Assembly: GCF_000217815.1 (NCBI RefSeq)
Contig: NC_015707.1
Span: forward strand, 1,010,014 to 1,042,013
Direction of reading: 5' to 3'
Source: Pseudothermotoga thermarum DSM 5069
GTDB lineage: Bacteria; Thermotogota; Thermotogae; Thermotogales; DSM-5069
Length of the DNA: 32,000 bases
Below, one piece after another: positions 1 to 7,690 of this stretch. A program made the position numbers and the translations under genes. The notes beneath the pieces are model-generated. The model worked only from the letters and a program-made list of their open reading frames with translations, was not told the DNA's origin and ran no database searches. How positions within the stretch are numbered: position 1 is the stretch's first letter; each line of letters opens with the position of its first letter.

Positions 1-1
1 G

Positions 2-133
2 GTGGACTTAAGAAGGGTAATGAAGCTCAACAAACCCGCAGTACGTGTAAGGTACGAATTACAAGAAATCGGCAGGCCAAACTTGGAAGAAATCTTGGAT
101 GAATTTGTGAAAACAAAGTGCAACAAGTTTTGA
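2..133 (+). CDS. 3' end of an unidentified CDS entering from the left edge (...KLNKPAVRVRYELQEIGRPNLEEILDEFVKTKCNKF*)
   Basis: Frame 2 is open from the window edge to TGA at 131-133. No family recognised. Too short to appear in the ORF track. Confidence 0.3.
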   Translation: MDLRRVMKLNKPAVRVRYELQEIGRPNLEEILDEFVKTKCNKF

Positions 134-273
134 ACCATCTCGTTGTTAACATGGTCGAAATAAATGAGAAGAAATTCTGACAAAATTGGTCGTAGTTATC
201 GCTTAACATAAACGTATTTCAATTGGAACGTAAATTCACTTCATTTGTAACTTGTAATGGTTACAATGTAGTT

Positions 274-354
274 GGAAAATCAAATACGACCCCCCTATCC
301 CCCTTGAGATACACCCCCCACGGCTTTCTGCGGGCCTCGTGCCCGCTTTTTTTT
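274..354 (+). ncRNA. Candidate small RNA or long 3' UTR element: three C-runs followed by an intrinsic terminator
   Basis: C6 at 290-295, C5 at 299-303 and C6 at 314-319 lie in a GC-rich island, followed by terminator 330-354. A possible -10 TACAAT sits at 262-267. No + strand gene lies downstream (miaB converges). The 5' end is a guess. Confidence 0.3.
330..354 (+). terminator. Rho-independent terminator (GCGGGC-ctcgt-GCCCGC + T8)
   Basis: Perfect 6-bp GC stem at 330-335/341-346 with a 5-nt loop, then eight T at 347-354. On the minus strand the hairpin is followed by agaaag, so it works mainly for the + strand. Confidence 0.8.
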
Positions 355-371
355 AAGTGGAATTACTAAAG

Positions 372-1673
372 CTAGGAAGTCACAAGTTCTCCGTACAGAG
401 GACCTGCCGTAATGCGGGTAATTTTTACTAAGACGCGCTGGCCAATTTGAAGCGCGGAAGCTTTGAACAGGATGATTTTATTTCTTATGTCTCTTCCATA
501 GTAAAGACCGTCTTTTGTTTTTCCCTCGACAAAGAGCTCTACAACTTGGTTTAGATACCTTTCGTTGAGCTTTTTGTTTATTTCCTTTTGAAGCTCTAGA
601 AGTTCATTCAACCTTCTGACTTTAACTTCCCGTGGAACATCGTCTTTGAAATACTTGCTTGCGACTGTACCTGGTCTTGGGGAATATATAGCCAAGTTGA
701 GGCGCTCAAACTGCAGCGTTTTTACAATCTCAACAGTTTGTTGATGATCTTCCTCTGTTTCCGTTGGAAAACCAACTATCACATCGCTGCTTATGGAGGC
801 TTGCGGTACGATTTTTCTAATCTTTTCAACTAGTTCGGCAAACTGCTCGCGTGTGTACCTTCGATTCATCAATCTCAAGATTCTGTTACTACCGGATTGA
901 ATGGGGATGTGAAAAGATTTGGCTGCCTTTGGATTTTTAGCCACGGTTTCTATCAACTCATCGGTTATATCCGTCGGATAAGAGGTTAAAAACCATATCC
1001 TTTCTATGCCTTCAATTTCGCTTGCTTTGTTTATCAATTTTGCTAACGATGTGCCATCTTTCAGATCTTTTCCATAAGCATCAACGTTTTGGCCCAAGAA
1101 CGTGATTTCTTTCACGCCGGATTCCGCAAGTTTTTTAACCTCAGCTAGAACATCTTCCATTGGCCTACTTTTCTCACGGCCTCTTGTGTAAGGAACAATA
1201 CAGTAAGTGCAAAATCTATTGCAACCATGGATGATTGTTACCCATGCATGATGTGTTGAAGATCTAGAGCGCGGTAAAGAAGACATATCTGAGCATATGG
1301 TATCTTCCAAATAAATTACTTTTTCTCCTGATGCGGCTCTTTCCAAAACTTCTGCCACAGCGAGAATTGATCTAGAACCTAGCACGAAATCTGCCCCGTC
1401 TTTTATCAATTGTTCTGCTTCCAAGTTGGCCCCACAACCACTTATACCAACGAGTTTTATTTTTCCTTCTTTTTTCATCTTCAAAAGCTGTCCCAAAGCT
1501 GAGTGGTATTTATCCTGGGATTTTTGTCTAACGACACAAGTGTTTAAAATAACAACATCAGCTTGATCTAGGTCATCCACAATTTGATGACCCTTTTGAG
1601 CTAATATTCCCGCCATGATTTCTGTGTCATTTTCGTTCATTTGACAGCCATAAGTTTTTATGTAAATCTTCAT
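372..1673 (-). CDS. miaB: tRNA-2-methylthio-N6-dimethylallyladenosine synthase (radical-SAM methylthiotransferase, MiaB type)
   Basis: N-terminus [18 protein letters not shown] (UPF0004 domain), radical-SAM CNRFCTYC motif, C-terminal TRAM-like domain, 433 aa. Confidence 0.9.
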   Translation of the reverse strand: MKIYIKTYGCQMNENDTEIMAGILAQKGHQIVDDLDQADVVILNTCVVRQKSQDKYHSALGQLLKMKKEGKIKLVGISGCGANLEAEQLIKDGADFVLGSRSILAVAEVLERAASGEKVIYLEDTICSDMSSLPRSRSSTHHAWVTIIHGCNRFCTYCIVPYTRGREKSRPMEDVLAEVKKLAESGVKEITFLGQNVDAYGKDLKDGTSLAKLINKASEIEGIERIWFLTSYPTDITDELIETVAKNPKAAKSFHIPIQSGSNRILRLMNRRYTREQFAELVEKIRKIVPQASISSDVIVGFPTETEEDHQQTVEIVKTLQFERLNLAIYSPRPGTVASKYFKDDVPREVKVRRLNELLELQKEINKKLNERYLNQVVELFVEGKTKDGLYYGRDIRNKIILFKASALQIGQRVLVKITRITAGPLYGELVTS

Positions 1674-1679
1674 AATTTT

Positions 1680-1704
1680 ATAAAAAGGGGCTTTGCAGCC
1701 CCTT
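1680..1704 (-). terminator. Intrinsic terminator after rpsB
   Basis: The minus strand reads AAGGGGCU-gcaa-AGCCCCUU followed by UUUAUAAAAUU. It lies 3 nt after the rpsB stop and ends about 7 nt before the miaB ATG. Confidence 0.7.
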
Positions 1705-1707
1705 CTT

Positions 1708-2502
1708 TTATTCCTCCTCTAACTCAGTTTCTTCGAACAGATCGGAGATGTCCAAGGATTCTTCGCTAACCTGCATTTCTTCAGATTGCGCTTGCACTTC
1801 AGGCTGCTCGGCGAAGGATACACCTTCTCTACCTTCAAGATAAGCATCGGCTATCTTTGAGGTAATCAGTTTTATCGATCTTATGGCATCGTCGTTGGCG
1901 GGTATGACAAAATCGATTGGATCAGGATCACAGTTTGTGTCAACGATGGCAACTATCGGTATGCCTAACCTGTTTGCTTCAGCAACGGCGTTCTTTTCTT
2001 TTCTTGGATCAACGATGTAAACTATGTCGGGAAGTTTTGTCATGCCTTTCAATCCACCCAAGTTCTTTCTGAGTTTTTCCAATTCTCTACGAACTTTGCT
2101 TTGTTCTTTCTTGGGGAGTTTGGAAAGTTCACCGTTTTCTTCCATTTGTTCAAGTTCAATCAACCTTGCTATCCTGTTTTTGATGGTGTTGAAGTTTGTC
2201 AAAAGACCACCAAGCCATCTGTTGTCAACGTAGAAAGCACCACATCTTTTAGCCTCTTCTCTTATAACATGTTGAGCTTGCTTCTTTGTTCCAACAAAAA
2301 GCATGGTTGCTCCTTCACTTGCTTTGGCCCTTACAAAATCACAAGCTTCTTCAAGGAGTTTCAAAGTTTTTTGAAGGTCGATGATGTAAATACCTTTCCT
2401 TTCTCCGTAGATGTACGGAGCCATCTTTGGATTCCATCTTCTGGTTCTGTGACCAAAATGTGCTCCCGCTTCAAGTAGCTGTTTCATCGTTACAACCGGC
2501 AT
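1708..2502 (-). CDS. rpsB: 30S ribosomal protein S2
   Basis: [27 protein letters not shown]... is the canonical S2 N-terminus. ATG at 2500-2502 is preceded by GGAGGTG (2511-2517). The 55-codon upstream extension in the ORF track has no S2 similarity. Acidic C-terminal tail. Confidence 0.95.
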   Translation of the reverse strand: MPVVTMKQLLEAGAHFGHRTRRWNPKMAPYIYGERKGIYIIDLQKTLKLLEEACDFVRAKASEGATMLFVGTKKQAQHVIREEAKRCGAFYVDNRWLGGLLTNFNTIKNRIARLIELEQMEENGELSKLPKKEQSKVRRELEKLRKNLGGLKGMTKLPDIVYIVDPRKEKNAVAEANRLGIPIVAIVDTNCDPDPIDFVIPANDDAIRSIKLITSKIADAYLEGREGVSFAEQPEVQAQSEEMQVSEESLDISDLFEETELEEE

Positions 2503-2627
2503 CACAACACCTCCAGATTTGGTTAATCTTTTCGTCCTCGTCATCTCCCAAAGCCGACCCTTTTTGCAAGGGCACCGAGGCCTGGGATCGGAGGACGTGC
2601 TTTTTTTAAAGCATCCTATATTATACA
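2503..2627 (-). promoter_or_regulatory. rpsB promoter (TG-TATAAT, 2620-2627) and ~110-nt structured GC-rich 5' leader
   Basis: The minus strand has cgTGTATAATata. Downstream are nested pairings CGUCCUC/GAGGACG, UCCCA/UGGGA, GCC/GGC and CCCUU-gcaa-AAGGG. The leader ends at SD GGAGGUG. Confidence 0.4.
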
Positions 2628-2655
2628 CGTTTTTGTTAATTTTCACTTCACTCTG

Positions 2656-2684
2656 TTGTGAAGACATTTTGTTGGTAGTATTAT
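2656..2684 (+). promoter_or_regulatory. Sigma70-like promoter for the fmdB-like gene and lon
   Basis: TTGTGA (2656-2661), 17-nt spacer, TATTAT (2679-2684). SD GGAGGTG follows at 2694-2700. Confidence 0.4.
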
Positions 2685-2705
2685 TTAAATTGAGGAGGTG
2701 GCTTT

Positions 2706-2903
2706 GTGCCTATATACAGATATTTATGTCAAAGCTGCAAAAAAGAAGTGACGGTTTTAAAGGGTATCAATGATCCAGATCCAAAATGTCCAGATTGCGG
2801 ACAACCCATGGAGAAACAAATTCCAAAGGTTCAAATAAAGGGTGGAAACAGTTCTTGTTCAGCGCAAAGCTGTAGCGGTTGTTCTGGCTGTTCTTCCAAA
2901 TGA
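2706..2903 (+). CDS. FmdB-family zinc-ribbon protein (putative regulatory protein)
   Basis: GTG start 6 nt after [18 protein letters not shown]...CPDCG gives two CxxC pairs. Cys/Ser/Gly-rich tail ([15 protein letters not shown]) is typical of the family. Confidence 0.8.
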   Translation: MPIYRYLCQSCKKEVTVLKGINDPDPKCPDCGQPMEKQIPKVQIKGGNSSCSAQSCSGCSGCSSK

Positions 2904-2917
2904 TGGAGGTGTTTGCC

Positions 2918-5311
2918 TTGAAGGCCACTTATGATGATCTTGTTTACAACAGCCCCTATTTACCTGAGTTCAAAACCATTGGGGAGATAAAACCTTTTGA
3001 AGGTTTCATAGGTCAGGAGAGGGCAATAAGAGCTTTTGAAACCGCTTTGAACATAAACGAAAGGGGTTTCAACGTTTTTGTAGTTGGTGTTCCACAAACT
3101 GGAAGACGAACACTTGTGACAAACTTTCTCATGCAAAGAGCCATTAAGATGAACAAACCAAAGGATTGGATTTACGTTTACAATTTCTCAAACCCATCTG
3201 AGCCAAAAGCGATTTCCCTTGAGCCAGGAAAAGGTGTGCAGTTCAAACGGGATATGGAAAAATTAGCCGAAGATGTTATAGAAGCTATAGAGAAAATGTT
3301 TGAAAGCGAAGATTATGCTGCAAAAAAAGCAGAATTGGAAGATGAGTACATGGCGAGAAAGACGCGCCTTTGGGAAGAACTTAGAGAAAAAGCCGCGCAA
3401 CTTGGTTTTGCTGTCCAATTGACTCCAACTGGGGTCATAACTGTTCCCGTTTACGAAGGAAAACCTGTTACACCCGAAGTTTTGGAAACTTTGCCTGAGG
3501 AGGTCAAAAACGCTTTCAACGAAAATAGCAGAAAACTTAAACACATCATCGAAGGAACTCTTTACAAATCCAGGAAACTGGATAGAGAATACAAAGAAAA
3601 ATTGATCGAGTTAGATAAGTATGCCGCTCTGTTTACCGTTGGTTCAATGTTTGAGGAAATGATAAAGCAATACGAAGAAAACGAAGGCGTAGTTGAATAC
3701 TTGAAAGAAGTTGAAAAGGATATATTGGATAATCTGGTTCAGCTTAAAACAGAACAACAAGAATTCAAGGAAGTTCTTAAAAAACGTTATTCGGTGAATT
3801 TGTTCGTTGATAATTCGCAAACATTTGGAGCACCGGTAATTTTTGAAAGAAACCCAACTTATGCAAACTTGGTTGGAAAGGTAGAATACTATAGCCGCTC
3901 TGGTATGTTGTTTACCGATTTTACCTTAATCAAGCCAGGAGCTCTTCACAAAGCCAACGGTGGTTTTTTGATATTGGAAGCCGAAAACGTTTTGAGAAAT
4001 CCGTTCGCTTGGGAAGGTTTAAAAAGATGCCTTCTTTCGGGAGAAATAGTGGTGGAAAATTTGGAAACAGCCCTTGGATTCTCAAACATAGTGTCCTTAA
4101 GGCCTCAATCGATACCGTTGGATGTCAAGGTCTTTTTGATCGCAACCCCAAGGATTTACTATTTGCTGTACGAATACGATGAAGACGTTAGAAAGCTTTT
4201 CAAAATAAAAGGAGAATTCGATTGGGAAATGGATGCAAACGCCGAAAATGTTCAAAAATATCTTGGGTTTATCTCATCCGTTTGTTGTAGGTACAACTTG
4301 CCTGAACTAGACAGAGAAGCTGTGCGGCGCGTACTTTGGTATTCCGCAAGGCTTGCTGCCGATAAGAGAAAATTTTCTATGAGATTTGGAGAAATAAGCA
4401 GTCTCATACGAGAGGCATGCTCGATAGCAAGCCAGAGGGGAAGCAAAATCGTTGAGGAGCAAGATGTCAAAGAAGCCTTCGAGCGCTCCGAAGAAAGGGT
4501 CAATTTACTTCAAACAAAGTACGATGAGCACATTTTGCAAAGATATTTGATGATAGAAACAACCGGGGAAAAAGTTGGACAAGTGAATGGCTTGACCGTT
4601 TTGGATCTTGGAGATTATTCCTTTGGTATACCGGTTAAGATCACGGCCAAAGTTCACCTAGGTCAACCTGGTGTGGTTGATTTGCAAAGGGAAGCTGATT
4701 TGAGCGGCAGAATTCACAGCAAAGCTGTTTTGACTATAGCAAGCTTTTTCGGTCAAAGGTATGTGCAAAAATTTCCGCTTACTTTGAGCGCTACTTTGAA
4801 CTTCGAACAAGTTTACAGCATAGTGGAAGGCGATAGCGCATCTTTGGCAGAAGTTGTGGCTTTGATATCAGCCATAGCCAATGTTCCAGTGAAGCAAGGA
4901 ATAGCCGTTACAGGTTCTATGAACCAAAACGGAGAGGCTCAACCAGTTGGTGGTGTAACTGAAAAGGTGGAAGGTTTTCATAGAGCTTGCAAGTTGCAAG
5001 GTTTGACAGGAGAACAAGGAGTTATAATTCCCAAGGCAAATTTGGAAAACTTGGTTTTGAAAGATGAGGTACTTGAAGATATTAAAAAAGGTTTATTCCA
5101 CATTTGGACCGTTGAACACGTCGATGAGGTAATAGAGATTCTCACCGGAAGAAAACCAGGTAAACAAATTGGGGTTGGAAAATTCGAAAAAGGTACAGTG
5201 AACGATTTAGTTGTAAAAGCACTCGAGAAAGCGTACAAAATGGCGGAAAAAATTGAAGCAGGAAAGAAGGCAAAGAGGAAAGGCAAAAACAGAAGAAAGA
5301 AAAGAGGTTAA
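2918..5311 (+). CDS. Lon-like protease, LonC-type (degenerate AAA+ module with a large helical insertion; S16 Ser-Lys protease domain)
   Basis: P-loop position reads GVPQTGRRT and the Walker-B position reads FLILEAE. About 285 residues separate them, including a charged helical region. Protease motifs VEGDSASLA and GGVTEKVEGF are present. The start is uncertain: TTG 2918 lies 6 nt after GGAGGTG (2905-2911) and is preferred. ATG 2900/2903 and the ORF-track start 2879 lack an SD. Confidence 0.85.
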   Translation: MKATYDDLVYNSPYLPEFKTIGEIKPFEGFIGQERAIRAFETALNINERGFNVFVVGVPQTGRRTLVTNFLMQRAIKMNKPKDWIYVYNFSNPSEPKAISLEPGKGVQFKRDMEKLAEDVIEAIEKMFESEDYAAKKAELEDEYMARKTRLWEELREKAAQLGFAVQLTPTGVITVPVYEGKPVTPEVLETLPEEVKNAFNENSRKLKHIIEGTLYKSRKLDREYKEKLIELDKYAALFTVGSMFEEMIKQYEENEGVVEYLKEVEKDILDNLVQLKTEQQEFKEVLKKRYSVNLFVDNSQTFGAPVIFERNPTYANLVGKVEYYSRSGMLFTDFTLIKPGALHKANGGFLILEAENVLRNPFAWEGLKRCLLSGEIVVENLETALGFSNIVSLRPQSIPLDVKVFLIATPRIYYLLYEYDEDVRKLFKIKGEFDWEMDANAENVQKYLGFISSVCCRYNLPELDREAVRRVLWYSARLAADKRKFSMRFGEISSLIREACSIASQRGSKIVEEQDVKEAFERSEERVNLLQTKYDEHILQRYLMIETTGEKVGQVNGLTVLDLGDYSFGIPVKITAKVHLGQPGVVDLQREADLSGRIHSKAVLTIASFFGQRYVQKFPLTLSATLNFEQVYSIVEGDSASLAEVVALISAIANVPVKQGIAVTGSMNQNGEAQPVGGVTEKVEGFHRACKLQGLTGEQGVIIPKANLENLVLKDEVLEDIKKGLFHIWTVEHVDEVIEILTGRKPGKQIGVGKFEKGTVNDLVVKALEKAYKMAEKIEAGKKAKRKGKNRRKKRG

Positions 5312-5970
5312 CCTTGTTTTCTTTTTTCAAAATTTATCTCTGCGATTGATTTTTGCAAATAAAGTGGTTGAACCAACGCTGGTTCAAAGTTTGAACCATT
5401 TTTTGTCAGTGCTTCGACTTCTTCAATCAATATCTGAGCGTTTATATTTTCAAGCGCATCCGGTGCAAGTTTGGCAACATCCAAAAAGAACTTTTTCGCA
5501 TCGCCCACAATCATGGGATTTTGCATTTCACCAACGATTTTTTTCGCTTCTTCGATTTGTTTTACCGTGGGCTCAACGATTTGTTCGTCGTTCTTGTAGC
5601 AGGCTATGTAAACGTAACCTTCTCGTGCCTTTCTTGCCACCACTATCTCTCCATCGTAAGTGGAAAAGTTCTTTGCCAAGACCTTTGCCGACACAACTGG
5701 TGTGATCTTTTTTCCAAAAGCACAAGCCAATCCTTGAACAAAAGAAATACCGATTCTTAAACCAGTTAAGCTGCCTGGTCCAACACCGCATCCAAGAACG
5801 TCTATTTTTGCCGGTTCAACCTGTGCTGCATCCAGCAAAAGCTTTACCATCGGAGCCAATTTTGTGGCATGTCTTTCGATTCCTTTGTAGGTTAACGATA
5901 AAAACTTTTCTTCATCTTTAAAACCAACCACAAGAACATCTGTTGAAGTATCGAGGGCTAAAATTTTCAT
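5308..5970 (-). CDS. tsaB: tRNA threonylcarbamoyladenosine (t6A) biosynthesis protein TsaB (YeaZ)
   Basis: MKILALDTSTDVLVVGF...GVGPGSLTGLRIGISFVQGLA is the typical inactive Kae1/TsaD-like fold signature. 220 aa. Confidence 0.85.
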   Translation of the reverse strand: MKILALDTSTDVLVVGFKDEEKFLSLTYKGIERHATKLAPMVKLLLDAAQVEPAKIDVLGCGVGPGSLTGLRIGISFVQGLACAFGKKITPVVSAKVLAKNFSTYDGEIVVARKAREGYVYIACYKNDEQIVEPTVKQIEEAKKIVGEMQNPMIVGDAKKFFLDVAKLAPDALENINAQILIEEVEALTKNGSNFEPALVQPLYLQKSIAEINFEKRKQG

Positions 5971-7685
5971 TCAACCATTCCTTTCAAGATTTCTACAAGT
6001 TTCTCAAAATTGTTCAAAAAGACAAAACCACCAGATTTGTTTATCAAAACTAAATCCTCACATTCTGTCGAAACATTTTCTAAAATTTGTTTGAGATCAA
6101 TCTGAACTTCGAAAGTTTTAACCAATTTTTGATAACTTTCTTCAAAAATCGAGTCTTTGAGTGCGACAATAAGAACTTTTCCACCAGTTTTTAAATATTG
6201 TTTGAGACTTTCTATTTCAAAAGAGTTTAGCTCTGCCGCTTCTTTGAAAGCACCGGACTTCGGCAGTGGAATTACGATCAAATCTGCGTCTGTTGGTATT
6301 TTCCTGAAATATCTTGAGTTGAGTTTTACATCGGCGATATCTTTTAAATGAGTTTTTAGTAGTTCTTCAATTTCTGGATAAACGTTCTCGTGAGATTGAT
6401 CCAAAATTACGGTAAACGCAGTAACTTTAACTTCATGTGTAAAAGCGATTTTACCATTTATCCAAAGTTCCAACTTGTGAAAGCCAGCTGCCAAACTTTC
6501 GAAGGAAATTTTTTTGGACTTTTTCTCTTTACCGTTCATGAATACTTGAAAAGATTCTTCTCTGTCGGCAATTTTTGCCGTTACAAAGACATCCTCTGGT
6601 TCAAAATGGAAATTCACCAAATCGAAGAACAGCTCAACGTTTTTACCAACTGCTGTTACTTTTGTGTTCACTGCATAAACGTTTGCGTTGTGAACCCATA
6701 TGGGAGAACTTATTATTCTATCGCCATCTTTTTGAACCGCATATACAAAATACCATTCAAACACATCTGGTACTTTGTGGGTGTAAGAAATTTCAAACTT
6801 CTCAGAGTTTGGAAGCCATTCTGCCAATGTTCCACTTTGGCTGATCAACGATATTTTTTCGAATTTTTCATCGTCTTCAACCTTGATTTTGAAGTTCAAA
6901 TCCCAAACGTTTTGCAAAATCGAACCCATGGGATATCCGTTGGCTTCGAAGATCAGCTTTACCGTTTTATCTTCGGAAGCGTATACTCTTCTGTTTCTCA
7001 ACGCTTCCATTATGGAATCATAGGTAAGCTCTTTTGCCAGTATCACCGTTCGTGTATCGTTTGCCGATCCCCAGTTTGCCCTGTGGTTGTCTTGGTTTGC
7101 CGTGGCGCCAAGGTGCCAACCTTTGTTCAAAGCAGCTACAAAGTTGGTTATCATTTCATCGGTGATGGTTCTACCTCTCCAGCTGCCATTGCCGACTTCT
7201 ATCAAATTTATAAACTCATCTGCAACAGGATCGTATTCGAAGTCGTAGAACGTTCCGAAAGAGGATGTTGGATGGTTGAATTGAGCGAGGGCTTGTTTTT
7301 CTACTATCCACCTGTAAAGTCCAAACAAATCAACGTTGTTTCTGCTCATCCACTCATCTGTCCCATAGACATTCATGTGACCAACGCCGCCAGTCCACTC
7401 AAATCCCCAAAGTGCAACGAATTTTTCTTCTTCTGTTGCTTTAAGAGCCTCCATTTTTGTCAGAAGCAATTTGTCTTGTCCATCCATTTTTGATTCGAAG
7501 TAGTACGCATGATCGGTTATCGCCAGCACATCAAGGTAATTCTTAGCGTACTCGTAAGCTTCTTTGGGAGTTCCAACGCCATCGGAGTACGAAGTATGAC
7601 TGTGCAGATTTGCAAAAAAGAAATTGTACGCAACAGCAGCGCAAGCTACAAGGATAAAGGAAATGATCAAAAAGATTCTCTTCAT
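5967..7685 (-). CDS. Exported or membrane-anchored PHP-domain metallophosphoesterase with an uncharacterised C-terminal half
   Basis: NLHSHTSYSDG...LAITDHA are PHP metal-binding motifs. N-terminal hydrophobic anchor MKRIFLIISFILVACAAVA. ATG 7683-7685 lies 5 nt after AGGTGA and is preferred over the GTG at 7692-7694. The stop overlaps the tsaB start (ATGA). Confidence 0.75.
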   Translation of the reverse strand: MKRIFLIISFILVACAAVAYNFFFANLHSHTSYSDGVGTPKEAYEYAKNYLDVLAITDHAYYFESKMDGQDKLLLTKMEALKATEEEKFVALWGFEWTGGVGHMNVYGTDEWMSRNNVDLFGLYRWIVEKQALAQFNHPTSSFGTFYDFEYDPVADEFINLIEVGNGSWRGRTITDEMITNFVAALNKGWHLGATANQDNHRANWGSANDTRTVILAKELTYDSIMEALRNRRVYASEDKTVKLIFEANGYPMGSILQNVWDLNFKIKVEDDEKFEKISLISQSGTLAEWLPNSEKFEISYTHKVPDVFEWYFVYAVQKDGDRIISSPIWVHNANVYAVNTKVTAVGKNVELFFDLVNFHFEPEDVFVTAKIADREESFQVFMNGKEKKSKKISFESLAAGFHKLELWINGKIAFTHEVKVTAFTVILDQSHENVYPEIEELLKTHLKDIADVKLNSRYFRKIPTDADLIVIPLPKSGAFKEAAELNSFEIESLKQYLKTGGKVLIVALKDSIFEESYQKLVKTFEVQIDLKQILENVSTECEDLVLINKSGGFVFLNNFEKLVEILKGMVE

Positions 7686-7690
7686 CTCGG

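Noticed and set aside
27-209. A 60-aa minus-strand ORF at the left edge.
   Set aside because: It has no SD and a Cys/Phe-rich low-quality sequence, and it overlaps the better-supported + strand CDS end.
2503-2667. A 55-codon N-terminal extension of the rpsB ORF in the ORF track.
   Set aside because: The canonical S2 N-terminus begins at ATG 2500-2502 with a perfect GGAGGTG SD. The extension covers the promoter/leader region and has no S2 similarity.
5253-5705. A 150-aa + strand ORF continuing past the lon stop.
   Set aside because: It is antisense to tsaB, starts inside lon, and is Arg/Ser/Leu-rich with no SD. It is spurious.
6390-7493. A 367-codon ORF on the + strand, antisense to the PHP-domain gene. 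It is by far the longest antisense ORF in the window.
   Set aside because: It is codon-aligned with the sense gene, so it only requires that the sense strand avoid TTA, CTA and TCA codons over this stretch. Its product is Cys/Phe-rich junk typical of antisense translation, and its GTG start has no SD. It is a statistical curiosity rather than a gene. It could be revisited if Ribo-seq shows + strand translation.
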